From positions 33,480,001 to 33,544,000 of the forward strand of contig CP158635.1 of NCBI GenBank assembly GCA_050273025.1: a DNA stretch of 64,000 nucleotides, written 5' to 3'. This document shows positions 50,360-63,200 of the stretch, piece after piece. The position numbers were made by a program, and so were the translations under genes. The first letter of the stretch is position 1; each line of letters starts with the position of its first letter. The notes below the pieces were generated by a model that was not told where the DNA came from, did not search any database, and saw only the letters and a program-made list of their open reading frames with translations. The DNA is from Cenococcum geophilum (taxonomy: Eukaryota).

Positions 50360-53300
50360 ACCTTATAACTTAAATATTATATTAACGCCGTAATAATAAA
50401 TAAAAGAGTACTCTTACTATATATTTTTTAATAGCTAAAGTAAATAAGGGTAGTTACTTAAAGAAGCTTTATACTATAAAAGAGAAAAGGAAAGTAGCTA
50501 ATATAGTAAGTTAAAAATCCCGCTATTAAAAATATTAGGCCTAGTAGATTAGCAGTTATTTTAAATTCTAAATTTAACTAGACCCTTTTTTTATCCTCTA
50601 GTAAGCTAAGCCTAAAGGGGGTAAATAGACTATAGCGCTTAACTAAAAGATTTAATTAGAAGAATTTAGTAACCTAAGTAATAAAAAGCAGTAATAGGTA
50701 GTTATTTACTTAAGCCTTTTTTTAACTATTTAATTCTAATTTATAAATAGGTAGGCCAGTAAGGCCCTTTATAAGTTATTTTATTCCTAGTCCTTATTTT
50801 TTATTATAATAGTTTACTTTATTACCCGCGTATTATAAGCTAGGACTAATACTAGATTTATAAACTTATTTAGTTTAATCTATCTCTTATTACTAAAAGT
50901 AGATATATAGATAAGCTACTACTACTAAATATTAAATTCTTAAGTATCTATACTAAAGTTTTAATACTATTACCGCTACTTAACTAATTTACTTAGGCGT
51001 AGTTAGTAACTAGGGGTATAACCACTCTAATACCTAATAATACTGCTATATTAGTAGAGGAGGATAATAAGGTAGCGGATATAGATAGGGCAGTATAATA
51101 GTAGCTTATTAAATAGGTATATTTAATCTATAAATCTTTTTAATTATAACTAGCTAAAAGTATAAAGCCTACCCTATTATTAAAGAAGAAAAATAGCGCT
51201 AAAAATATGGACTAAATTAAAGAAATAGGCGATATAAATAAAATAATAGAGGTTTTAATAAGCGGAAGCTAGTATAAAGCCTTTAATAATAATAGTAGTA
51301 AGGGCAATAGTAGTAATAATAATAGTAGTGAGGGCGATAGTGGTAATAATAATAGTAGCGATAATAATAATAGCGGTAATAGCGATAATAGTAATAGTGT
51401 ATAGCCTATATTGCTATTAACTAATAATTTCTTATACTTTAGTAAAGCTAGGTTAATATAGCTATTTATTAATATAAATTAGGCTACCTATAGTAATATA
51501 AATAATGCTAGTAATAGTAATAACGGACCTAAGGATTAATAAGTAAAGTAGGCGGACTTTAGTAAGTATATTACTAATAACGGCGATAATAGGGTTAACT
51601 AAGAGCAGTATACTAGAGCTGCTACTATTTAATTAAAGATAGCGTAGAATAAAAGGTATATATATAGTATATAAGTAAAAAAAATTATAATAGAGACTTT
51701 ATTAACTTTATAGATAAGCCTCCGTATATAATAAATAAGAGTAAATACTCTTTAGTATAGATTACTTAATTTTAGTAATTCTAGGTATTACTATTTACCC
51801 TAAGTAGTATAACTAACTACCCTTTAAACCTATTTAAGATTACTTTAAAAAATAAGGACCCTAATAACTATGGTTATATTCTATAGTAAATACTACTAAC
51901 TAGAGATAAAGAAAACCTACTAAAGCTTAGCTTTCTTAAGTTAAAAAACCGGTTTAAAGATATAGAAATCTAGATTGGCCGATAATAGGATATTAATAGC
52001 TTTATTACTTAAGTAACTATACTAGCTATATACTAAGGTAGGTTTAACTTAGTATATAAACCGCTATACCTCTAGTATATTACGCAGAACCTAAAAATCT
52101 AGATTTAAGGCCATTAAATATATAAGCTAAAGCAGCTTTAATTAGGCTAGGGGCTAGTAGCTAGTAGATTTAGCTATAAGTGCTATATATTCTTCCTATA
52201 TATAGTTATTAAAAAGTTTAGTAGAATATATCTCTCTAATAGAGAATAGGCTGCTTAGGTTAATAATATTATCCTTTTAGCTCTAAAAAAAAGCTATACA
52301 CCTAATATATATTAGTATTATCCCTAAAGCTTTATAGATATAGATTATAAGGCTAAAGTTAAGATAAAATATTTTATAATAGGAACCGGTTAGCCTATAA
52401 ACGTTAGATATATAATACTAAAGTTATATCTAAATAGATTCTAGGCTAAGGTACGGTAGCTCTCCTATAAGTATATTAGTAATAATAATAGATATATATT
52501 ATATAATGCTTTTTATAATCTATTTCTAGTAATATCTAAATATAGCCTTAAGTTAGCTACTAAATGTAATACGTTTTAGTAAGCTTAAAGTAACTTTCTT
52601 AGCTATATTAACCTATATTTTAATTTTAATACAGACTAAATACCTAATAAGGATTACTAGCTTAATCTTAGTATAGAGGATACGCTAGTTTCTACTAGTA
52701 ACGTTAATAAAGGTATTACGCTCCTCTATAAGTTATACTATTTAAATAGCTAGGTAAAGAGATTTACCTATCCTAACTATAACTCCTATTTAGTTTAAAT
52801 ATACTACTACTACTAAGCACTAACTAAGGACTCTAGTAGCGTGGATATAGAGCTATAACCAACTAATAGCTTATAAAGGATGGGCGGTATTATATATAAT
52901 AAGGCGTATAACATTAATAAAGAACTATTTGCCACACTATTTAAGGGCTATAACCCGTTCTAGAACGCGTAGTTTAAGGTATTTAGCTATTTATAGGATC
53001 TACTAGAGTAATAGTATTTAGTTAATAGTACTAAAGGCTAGCGTTTAGATGTAAGTAAGAGATAGTAGCTGCTTATAGTATATAGGAGGATAAAATAGCA
53101 ACTCTTCTTTATGCTAAGTAGGTCCAAGAATAAAAGCTTTAGGGTTAGATAAAAGTACTAAATAATAATAAGGTTACTTAAAGAACTAAATAATATAAAA
53201 AAAGAACTTAAGGGGGCTATTAGTATAGTAGAGTTATATATATTGCGCGTAGGTAATAATAAAAGTAAAGCTAATAGGATTAGTAAGTATATACCCTACT

Positions 53301-54835
53301 AGGTTTTAGCTATAAAGGAAGTAAATAGGTTTACGGCTATAGAGTTAAACTAGTAGCTTCTTTACTTTAAGGTGCTTATTAAAAGAGCTAGTATAAGATA
53401 TAATAGTAGACTAGCGGCCTTATAGGAGAAATAAGTTATTAACGGCGTAATAGTGTTTATATTAGTACGGCTTCTCTATATAAGCACTAGTATAGACCTA
53501 TTACTATATCCATCTATATAGTAAAGGGAATAGTAATTTAGGGTTTAGCGGCCTAGAAATAGGGAGGTAAGTAATAATAATATAGAAGAAGGTAGTAGTA
53601 GTCCTACTTAAGGTAGAGCTAAGCAGTTAGGTTTAGACCTTTGGATATATATATAAGAGAATAGAATAGTATAATTCCTAGTTAAGAAAATCTATTAAAA
53701 TATAAGGCTAACCTTTATATCTTAGGCAATTAAACATTTAGTAGTGGCGGTTAATAGGTTTTAAAAGTTGTTTTATAAGAATTTAAATATTTAGAGAAGT
53801 ATCTTATATAAGAATATAATGTTTTAGTTATTTAGGGACTATATATATATATTGGAATAGGCGGAAATTAAGCTTAGAGTATAGTTATTAGTCTAAAGCT
53901 ATATCTAAAAAGTAATTACGCTCCTAGCTAAGCGTTAAATAGATAGGCTAAAAAAGCTAAAGTAGTAGTTTAAGAAATTTATAGCTAGGGCAAAACTTAA
54001 AGATAATAAGGTATTAGGGTTAAGGGGTCTTTTATAAATTATAGTAGCGGACTTAATTAATGGCGCTCTATAGGTAGTAAAGGTAAGGTAGAGTAAAGTT
54101 AGAGGAGAAATAAGTAATAGGTAAATGTATTTTATATAGTATAATATAGGGCTATAGAGGGATAAGGTGTTCGCTTTATTTATATAAAATAATAAGCAAG
54201 CTAACGTATTAAAGAAACGTAGGTAGTATAATATAGGATTTTAAGTACTTATACGGCGGCTATATTCTATTATAGTAAAAGAAGTAAAAGAATTAGTAGG
54301 GCGTAGGTTCCTTAGTTTTATTAAGGAATATATAGGGTAGTATCTATAGGCAATTTCTTAGTATAACTATAATAAGCTATTTATTATATATAAGGCGTCT
54401 AAGCACTATTTCTAGAAGGTATAAGATAAAATAGGTAGGCTTAACTTACTAAAGTAAATAAACTAGTTAGTTTTATAGATAGTAATTAAATATAATATTA
54501 ATTTCTAGGCTATTAAGAGGTACTATAGGTAGGATAACTGCGGTTTAACTAGGATAAAGTAGGAGGTAGCCTAATATAGGCTAAGAAGAGGTCTTAATAT
54601 ATTAAAGCTTAGGGTATATAATAGTAGTAATAAATAAGATTATATTTCTAAAGACTATTTCTATTATTTTATAGGATAACCAAACCTTAATTAAGTAGGT
54701 AAGTTTATTAAGGATTTAAATAAGGGTATTATAAAGCAAGAGGCTAAGTCTAAAGATAATATAAAGAAAGAAAAAGTTTAGCTAAAATAGGTAGATGGAA
54801 TATTTTATAAATAGGCTATATTATAGAAAACTTAG
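50360..54835 (+). pseudogene. Large gene of unknown function (acidic D/S/G tract, then conserved-looking domain)
   Basis: Reverted frame segments: WDIDSFI....LAVH.GGFNL.YKPPYL..ITQNP, KQL.LG.G...GFGY.C..FFP, WLDLG.EDT (about 52658), NKAYNINKELFATPFKG (about 52898), SFGVRQEYRI (about 53135). Ends just before the palindromic end motif at 54863. Start and introns uncertain. Confidence 0.7.
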
Positions 54836-55339
54836 TAGTTTTACTAATAACTTATAACTTAGTTTTGGTATATTAATATACTAAACCCCTACTTTTTTTT
54901 TACTAATATTATAGAAACCTATCTAGTCTAATCTACCTTTTACTACTAAAAGTAGATATATAGATAGGCCACTATTATTAAATATTAGATTCTTAAGTAT
55001 CTATACTAAAGTCTTAATATTATTACCGCTACTAAATTAAATTTCTTTTTAAAATAAATAGTATTTTTAAAATAAGTTATATTCCTAGTTATCTAAATAA
55101 AAGTATTACCTATTAGCCTATACTACTTTAGCCTCCTTTTTCTATCTTAAAACGTGATATGTTTTTACTTTTTTACTATATATACCGTTCTTTTTAATTA
55201 TACGTTATATAGATAATATTTATTTATTATTACCTTATACTAAGTATTTTTTTTAAAGTTATTTAATTATTACTAACCCTTTTCTTAAAGGTGGTTTGCT
55301 GGCAATAGCTTTCTAATACTTTAGCTGCTATAGCTTAAT

Positions 55340-56880
55340 ACCCTACTTTAAAGCGTATTTATATATTAAGATCCGCTTTAAAATATAATGCTATTATAAA
55401 TATAGGTAGTATTAGCTTAGTATAAAATAGTTTATAGGTAATATATAAGGAGGCCTAGATATATAAAAATATATTAAAAATACCTTAGGCTAAATATATA
55501 CCCCTTTTTAGTTATCTTAGTAACTTTAAAAGGATAAATATAGTAGAGAAATAGTAGGTAATTTTAGTATATATAAAGAGTAAGGAATTTAAAATAAATA
55601 GTATCTTTAAGTTTTAGTGCTAGCTAATAAAAATTAATAAGTAATTTACGCATTAGTAAAACATTAGCTACTAGTTATACTTTACTATTATAAAACAGCT
55701 AAAGCCTAACTATATAGTTTATAACTACACTTTTTAAAACAGCTATAAGAGAGTATAGGCAATCCTTAACTAGCTAAAAAAACTTACTTTTTTTAGGTTT
55801 TTTAATAAGCTAGGAGTATATAGCCTATACTCCTAAATAAACTATCTATATAGGGATATTAAGATTATATATTAGATATATATAGCGGAGTCTAAAGAGG
55901 TTAAGAATTACTTAAAAGAGATATTAAAGTCCTAATAGTAACTAGATAGCTATTATAAGAATAAAGTAGTAATAAGGTAAATAATTACGGCTCTCTATAT
56001 ATATAATAACTAAGTCCTTAAGAAAATATTTATAAAAAAGGTCTCTAATAAGGATAAAGTGGATATTAGCGTAGAAAACTAAGTACTCTTCTAGTTTAAA
56101 TAATAGATATTATTTTATAGTAGCTCTATTCTAAGGCTCCTTTTTATATTTAAAATACTAGTATATATATTTAATTTTTAGTAAAAGAGGTAGCTAGAGA
56201 TATAGCTATACTAATAAAATAATAATAAGGCTACCTATTGCGTATTAGTTAAAAGCTAATAAGAGCTATTTAAATAGGGGTAGGATAATAAATATAAGCT
56301 ATAAAACTAGATAGAATTACTAAATTAATAGGTTAGTAAGTATAGCTTCTATATAGGTTAAGGGCTAAATAGTCCTTATATTAATTATATATTAAAAGTA
56401 TATAAAAGGGGTAGAGCGGCGTAATATAAGGTTTAACTTAGTAAGGCTATTTACTTTAAAGGGTATAAGGCTTAGGGTAGCTACTAGGATTATAGTACCC
56501 CTTAAGAGTTTTACTAAAGGTAGAAGAAAAGAAAGAATAGAAGTTAGAAGTTAAATAGGTTAAAAAGGTGCTAATATAGGCAGCTAGTATATAATACGGT
56601 AATTAGGCTCTTTTAGTGCAGTAATAATAGGTATAAGGTAGATATTTATATAATAATAGAGGAAAAGGGGGATAAAGAATATATAGGTTTAGGTAATAAA
56701 GATATAGTAGTATAGCTATATAGGGGTATAACTATAATAGGGGTTAAATATTTAAAGATTATTTAATAATTTTTAATATAAATAAGGATAGTATAAAAAG
56801 TAAAACTATTCTAGGGTTATAAACTAATAATTTAATCTAAAGATAAGGGTTTAGTATATATTATAGAAAATATAAAGCAG
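55340..56880 (+). pseudogene. Gene with C-terminal Cys/His domain similar to the TLH helicase C-terminus
   Basis: Reverted W.GKCSFC.G.G....I.H.L..C..GGA......GGCW.CG.P.EFC.RW...G.W......CQY (about 56325-56590). Upstream part not assignable and start uncertain. Confidence 0.6.
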
Positions 56881-57256
56881 TTTAGTTAATAACTTATAAC
56901 TTAGTTTTAGTATATTAATATACTAAAATAAATTTTTTTCCTTTACTCTTAAACTTTAGGTTAAGAAAAGAAAAATTTAAGTAATTTTTATATAAAAAGC
57001 TATTTTAACATATTAATATACTAAACTATTTTTTTTAACTAATACTACTTTAATTCCCTATAGGGAGCAATTAATATAAAGCTTATAGTTTAATAGTAAT
57101 TACTATACTATACTCTTACTAATATTTAATATTAGTTAGTACTATTATATATATAAATAGCGGGCGTGCTAATAAATAATAGCAGAAATAAATATAAAAG
57201 GAAAGTTTATATCTTTTAAGGCATTATACCTAAGGCTAAAATTAATATAGCTATAG
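56881..57256 (-). repeat. Right arm of long inverted repeat (pairs with 2390-2672), with two palindromes (56905, 57003)
   Basis: Reverse complement of 2390-2672 plus an extra about 98-bp internal segment with a second palindrome. Confidence 0.9.
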
Positions 57257-57287
57257 GTATTTAATTATATAAAGATAGAAAATAGTA

Positions 57288-60200
57288 TATTACTAGTTTA
57301 CTAGGTTCCCTAAATCCCTTATAAGTTTATATAATAGAATTCCCTAAAAGGTATATATTAGATAAGACAAAAGGAGGTCTTATCTATATTCTAAAAGGAG
57401 GTCTTACCTATATTCTATTTATGTTTTAGAAGACATAGTTAGATAAATAAGGGGTAAAGGGTTTTACTAGCGTCTTAAAAAGATTATATAGGGAGCTAGT
57501 TCTCCTCTAGAGAAGAACTAGCAATTAGTCTCTAAATAGAAGTGGTTAAAAGCATTTATCCTTTAATATATAAAACTTATTCTACCTTTAACTTACCTTT
57601 TATTTACCTTTAACTTACCTTTTACTTACTAGTAATACTATTAATTAGATAATTATACATTCTAATTAGGCTGGCCTTTTATAATTCTAATTATTTACAA
57701 TCCGTTAGGAACGTATAGCTATTAATTAATAATAATAAACTATACTTCTATACCCTATAAAGCAACGCCCTTACTATAAGAGGCTTAAAGAGTCTCCTTA
57801 AAGGAGCGTATTTCCTTTTTCTATAAAGAAGCTACGACTAGTCCGTCTAACCTTATAAGACCTTTAGAAACAATTACCGCTAAGAAGTTATTAAAGCGGT
57901 CGCTATATAAGACCCTATAAAAAATAAAGGAGTTAGAGATATAATTAAGATAAATATATTAAGACTACTAAGAATAATTATAAGGATAATTAAGGGAAGT
58001 ATAGATACCCTAAACACAAAGCGGACTTAAAGGAGTAACGCTATATTATGCTATAATATTAGAAAAACCTAAATTTCGTATAAAGGAACCTAATAAGTAT
58101 TATAGTAATAGTCTTTAGAACTATAATCGTTTTATCCAATAATATAAAACTAAGTTTTAGCTAGATTTAAAATATTACTCTAATAAGTATAATTAGACAC
58201 TAATTACTTCTACCTTTCTATATAGCACTATTAAGAGTTTATAAACACGCTATAAGAAAAAACTTACTATACCCTTTAAATTTAGTAAACTTAGGACCTA
58301 GTTAGTTAATTAAGTCCAAAACCCTACTAATTAAGGGATAGACTATAACTAGCGATACTATAACGCTAAATAGTAGGATAGTTAGACTATAGTCTAGTTT
58401 GTAAACTACTTAGAAGAACTAAAAGATAATATACCCTACTTAGATTTATAGGATAACGCTATATAACTTTACTAGCTACTTACTAAGCTATAACCTAAGA
58501 TTTAACAGGCCATATAAGAGAAGGGTGAAATTCTTACCTCTTAAGAAAAGCTTATTTTTAAAGCTACTTAGATTAAGAGTGCTAAAAGAGACTATTTAAG
58601 TAAGTAAAAGGAACGAAACGCTAATAATAAAGAGCGTAAAACTAGACCTAGCTTTAATAATAGGGGTAAATTCCGACCTAACCGCTCTATAGAAGGATAA
58701 CGTAAGTAGGCCTTATAGCCCTAGAGCAACGCTAATTAACCTTAAAATAATAATAGATAGAGATTTAATCTATAGGAGGGAAACTAGGAAATACGTACCT
58801 GTTATAACTGTGGTAAGAAGGGCCATATAAGCCGCTTCTACCAGTAAAAAAAGTAAGAGTTAGCCTAATTAGGAAAAGAGACAGCCTAGTAGATCTTTAC
58901 TCCCTTATACTAGGCTAGTAAGAGAAAAAGGGAGTAAACTACCGTATAGTTATTCCTGTCTTTATTTAAATTAATAATAAATAGGTAATATAAGACTGCC
59001 TTATAAACAACGGCGTAAGTATAGGGTTTATTTCTTAATTACTAGTAAAAAAATTAGATTTAAACCTTAGCGGCTTATAGGTACGCACTATTTAAAGCAT
59101 TAAAGGCTATTAAATTCTATACTATAGAAAATAAGCTTTTTTTATAGCTAGCTAGGACCGCGATAGTTTATAGGATATATAAGAGATACGCTTCTATACT
59201 ACAGAAATTAAGGGGTATAACCTTATTTTAGGATACCTATAGCTTTACTAAGTTAATCCAGATATTAATTAGCCTTTAGTCTTATATTAATATTAGAAGT
59301 CTTAACTACGTATTATAGTTAAAGATTAAGAGACTTTCTTAAACTATATATAAGAAGAAGGGTGGGTATATACTATATATACCACTCTTAATACTAAAAA
59401 CAGAGATATAGGATATTTATTTTTAAATGTCCGGCTATATATAGTTAAGGAACTAGAGATTCTATAGAAATATATAGACTTAAAGGATATTTTTAGTAAA
59501 GAGGCTATATAAACCTTATCTAACCCTATATTAGTTAAGCATAAGATAAATATAGGGGATAAATAACCTCTTTTTGGACCGCTATATAACCTATTAGAAA
59601 ATAAGCTAGTAGTACTACATTAATATATAGTAGATAATCTTTAGAGAGAATAGATTCGGCCCTTTATAAGCCTAGTAGGGGTACCAATTATATTTATACC
59701 TAAGAAGGACGGGACCCTTTACCTTTATATTAACTATTAGGCGCTAAATAAGATTACTATAAAAAATTGCTACCCGTTACCCTTAATAGGGGAGCTTATT
59801 AATAGGCTATTAGGCGCAAAGATATTTATAAAATTAGATCTAAAAGATATATACTATTAAATCCGGATTAAAGCCGGCGATAAATGGAAAATAGCGTTTT
59901 AAATATAGTACGGCCACTTTAAGTACCTAGTAATACTATTTAGGCTTACTAATACACCAGCGATATTTTAGGCCTATATTAATAAGGTATTATCGGGCCT
60001 ATTAGACACGATATATATAGTCTATTTTAATAACATTATAATCTACTTTAATAACTATAAAGTATATATATACTACGTATAAATAGTACTAGAAAGACTA
60101 TAGAAATATAAGCTCTATATAAACCTAAAAAAGTACATATTCTATACTACTAGCATTAATTTTTTAGGCTTTATTATTAGCGTTAACAAAGTATTAATAG

Positions 60201-63200
60201 AGAAAAGTTAGGTAGACGCTATTAGGAAATAGCCCTACCCTATAATATTTAAAGAAGTATAGGTTTTCTTAGGCATAGCGAACTTCTACTAAACGTTTAT
60301 TATTTACTACTTATAAGTAATACTCCTAATTACTAATCTACTAAAAGGATTTAAAAATAGTAGGAAGTTAGGACCCTTTATATTTAGGGAAGCTACTAAA
60401 TAGGCTATAGACCGGTTAAAGAATTTATTTATATTGGCGCCTATCTTAATATACTTCTACTAGGAGCTATATATATACTTTAAAACAGATATATCCGGCT
60501 TTACCCTAAGGGTAATTATATCTTAATTAAAAGACGGAAAATAGCATCCTATAGTGTTTTAGTTAAGGAAAATAACCCCTATAAAGTAGCGTTATATAAC
60601 GCATAACTAGGAGCTACTTATAATAATTATAGTAATAAAGTACTGGCGATATTATTATATAGGAAGCAATTATCCTATTAAAGTCCTTATAGACTATAAT
60701 AACCTAAAATACTTTATAACTATAAAGGTATTAAATAGTCGATAAGCTAGGTGGGTAAAGGTACTATTATAGTATAATTTTAAGATTATATACCGCCTAG
60801 AAAAGATAAATCCTGCTAATAAGTTATTAAAATATCTAGATTATAAAATAGGGAGGATCTAGGACAGTATAGGGGAAATAATCCCTATATTGCAAAATTT
60901 GCTTAAAAAAAAAGAAGACTCTTTCCCTAAAACTATAGAATTTTATAGTAGGGTAGAGGTCCTAGTAATATAGCTACGAAGTAATATAATTATAGAGCTA
61001 TAGGATATAGTTATAGACTAGGTTATAGACTAAGTAGACGTTATAAAGTTAGCGTACCCTAGAATTAGCGAGAATTCTATAGAATGTACTAGAGGTATCG
61101 CGGTACCTTTAACTCGACAGCGTATTAGCTATAAGTTCTTAGATCTAAGGGGAATAGGTAAGATACTTATCTATAGCATAGTATACTATATAACGGCAGG
61201 AGAATCTACTAGCACTAATAGTTTAAAACGTCTTATACTACGCCTTAAGTTTATAATAGTAGTAGGTAAAATAGAAGTAAGTAATTTATATAAAACCTTT
61301 CCAGATTTTTTTTTAAGCTTAATAAAGGGACGCCTTTATCTTTAGGGAGAGGTAGAAAGATATAGTAGAGACTAACTTAGCCGGAGTTATTAAAAAGCTA
61401 TAGTAGTAAAACTAAAAGGGTTTATTGCGCTTTAAGGGTGCTATATATATCCTAAAGGACTAAGTAATTTAAGATAAAATTTTAAAGGTCTTCTATAATA
61501 ACCCTTTTAGGGGTTACTACGGTGCTAATAGAACCCTTAAGGCTATTTAAAGGAAATACTTTTAGGATGGAATGTTTAAAGAGATTAAGGACTATATATT
61601 AAGGTATAATACGTGCTAAAGGATATAGATATCTAGGTATTACCTATATAGTAAGTTATTAGTGCTTCCTATTCTATAGGGACCTATATTAAAATTAATA
61701 ATGGATTTTATTATAGGCTTACCCCCTACTAAGATAAGAACTAAAGAGGTTGCTAATACTATCTTAGTAATTATTAATAGGTATATAAAGTTTTTAGGAT
61801 ACTTTGCTATTATAATAACAATTATAGCAGCAGAACTAGTAGACCTATTTTTAAAATAGTAGCTCTTATTTAATACGCTAAGGGGAATTATATCTAATAG
61901 AGGCACCGTATTTAATAGTGTATTTTAGTCTTTATTTTATTTCTTATTAAAAATATAGTAAAAGATAAGTATTACCTTCTACCCGTAAATAAATAGGTAA
62001 ATAGAGCGTTTAAATATGTTATTAGAACACTACCTCCGCTACTATATTAATTAGTAATAGGATAATTGGATATTATAGTTAGCTTTAGTGTAGTATATAT
62101 ATAATATAAGTATCTATAGTAGTATAAAAATGACCCCTTATAAAGTATTATTTGGGGTAAAAGTAAATAACCCCTAAAATATTAAGGATATTATTCCTAA
62201 AAGAGAGGCACTAGCGGCGTCTAAAAGAATTAAGTAAATAAGAATTTATAAAGAGGAACTTAAAAAGTACTTACTAAACGCCTAGGCTATATAAAAAAGG
62301 TACTATAATAAAAAATATATACCGAAAGAATTTAAGATAAAAGACGAAGTTTTACTATTTATAAAAAATATCTAAATAAAATGCATTAAGAAGAAGCTGG
62401 ATTACTAGTAGCTTAAACCCTTTAAGATAGTTAAGAAAACTAAAGGAAACTAAGCCTATAAATTAGAATTACTAAAATCTTATTTAATATATCCTATATT
62501 TTATATTTCCTTACTAAAGCTATATTAGAGAAGAGATAGTGCGGAACTGCCCCTACCTAGCGAAATTAATAGGGAACTGGAATAGAATATAGAAGATATT
62601 CTAGACTAAAGATGGCGCTAGAAAAAACGCGAATTTTTAGTTTATTAGAAAGGATACTTTTAGGTATATAATAGTTAAAAACCTAAGGAGTACCTTTAGC
62701 TAGAATATAATATTATAATTAAAACCTTTTTAAGAACTAAAGGTAAAGACTTAAAAATGGTTCCAGATATACTATAAGTAAAGTAATAGGAAAGACCCTA
62801 TAAATTAAAACTATAGGATTAAGTATAGGTATTAAAAACGGAAACGTTTTGCTATTATAATAGGGATCCTAGAATTCTATAAGAGGAAGCCTATAAGGAT
62901 CTATAGGAGAACTACTAAGAATACTATTTAAAGAAGACGCTATATAAAAAGGAGTAGTAGCACTATAAGAAGTGGCCTTAGGGATTTAGCAAGATCCCCT
63001 AGGGATAAAAGGAGAGTATCTAGCCTAATATTAGAGATATATAATAAAGTTAATAGTATAAAGAGGAGTAAAAGGACAGCCTATAAAGAATTAGAAATTT
63101 TAAGGAATTATAAGGCACCTATAGGAATATTACCCGTTTATTATATATAGGGATTATAGTAGTATACTATATTTATATAGATTATTACTAAAGCTTAGAA

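Noticed and set aside
2390..57256. Canonical Starship
   Set aside because: No DUF3435 captain recognised at either end. The only clear stand-alone YR belongs to the Ngaro retroelement, and long inverted arms are atypical of Starships.
61640..61906. ORF-track 88-aa ORF
   Set aside because: Antisense to the Gypsy D integrase.
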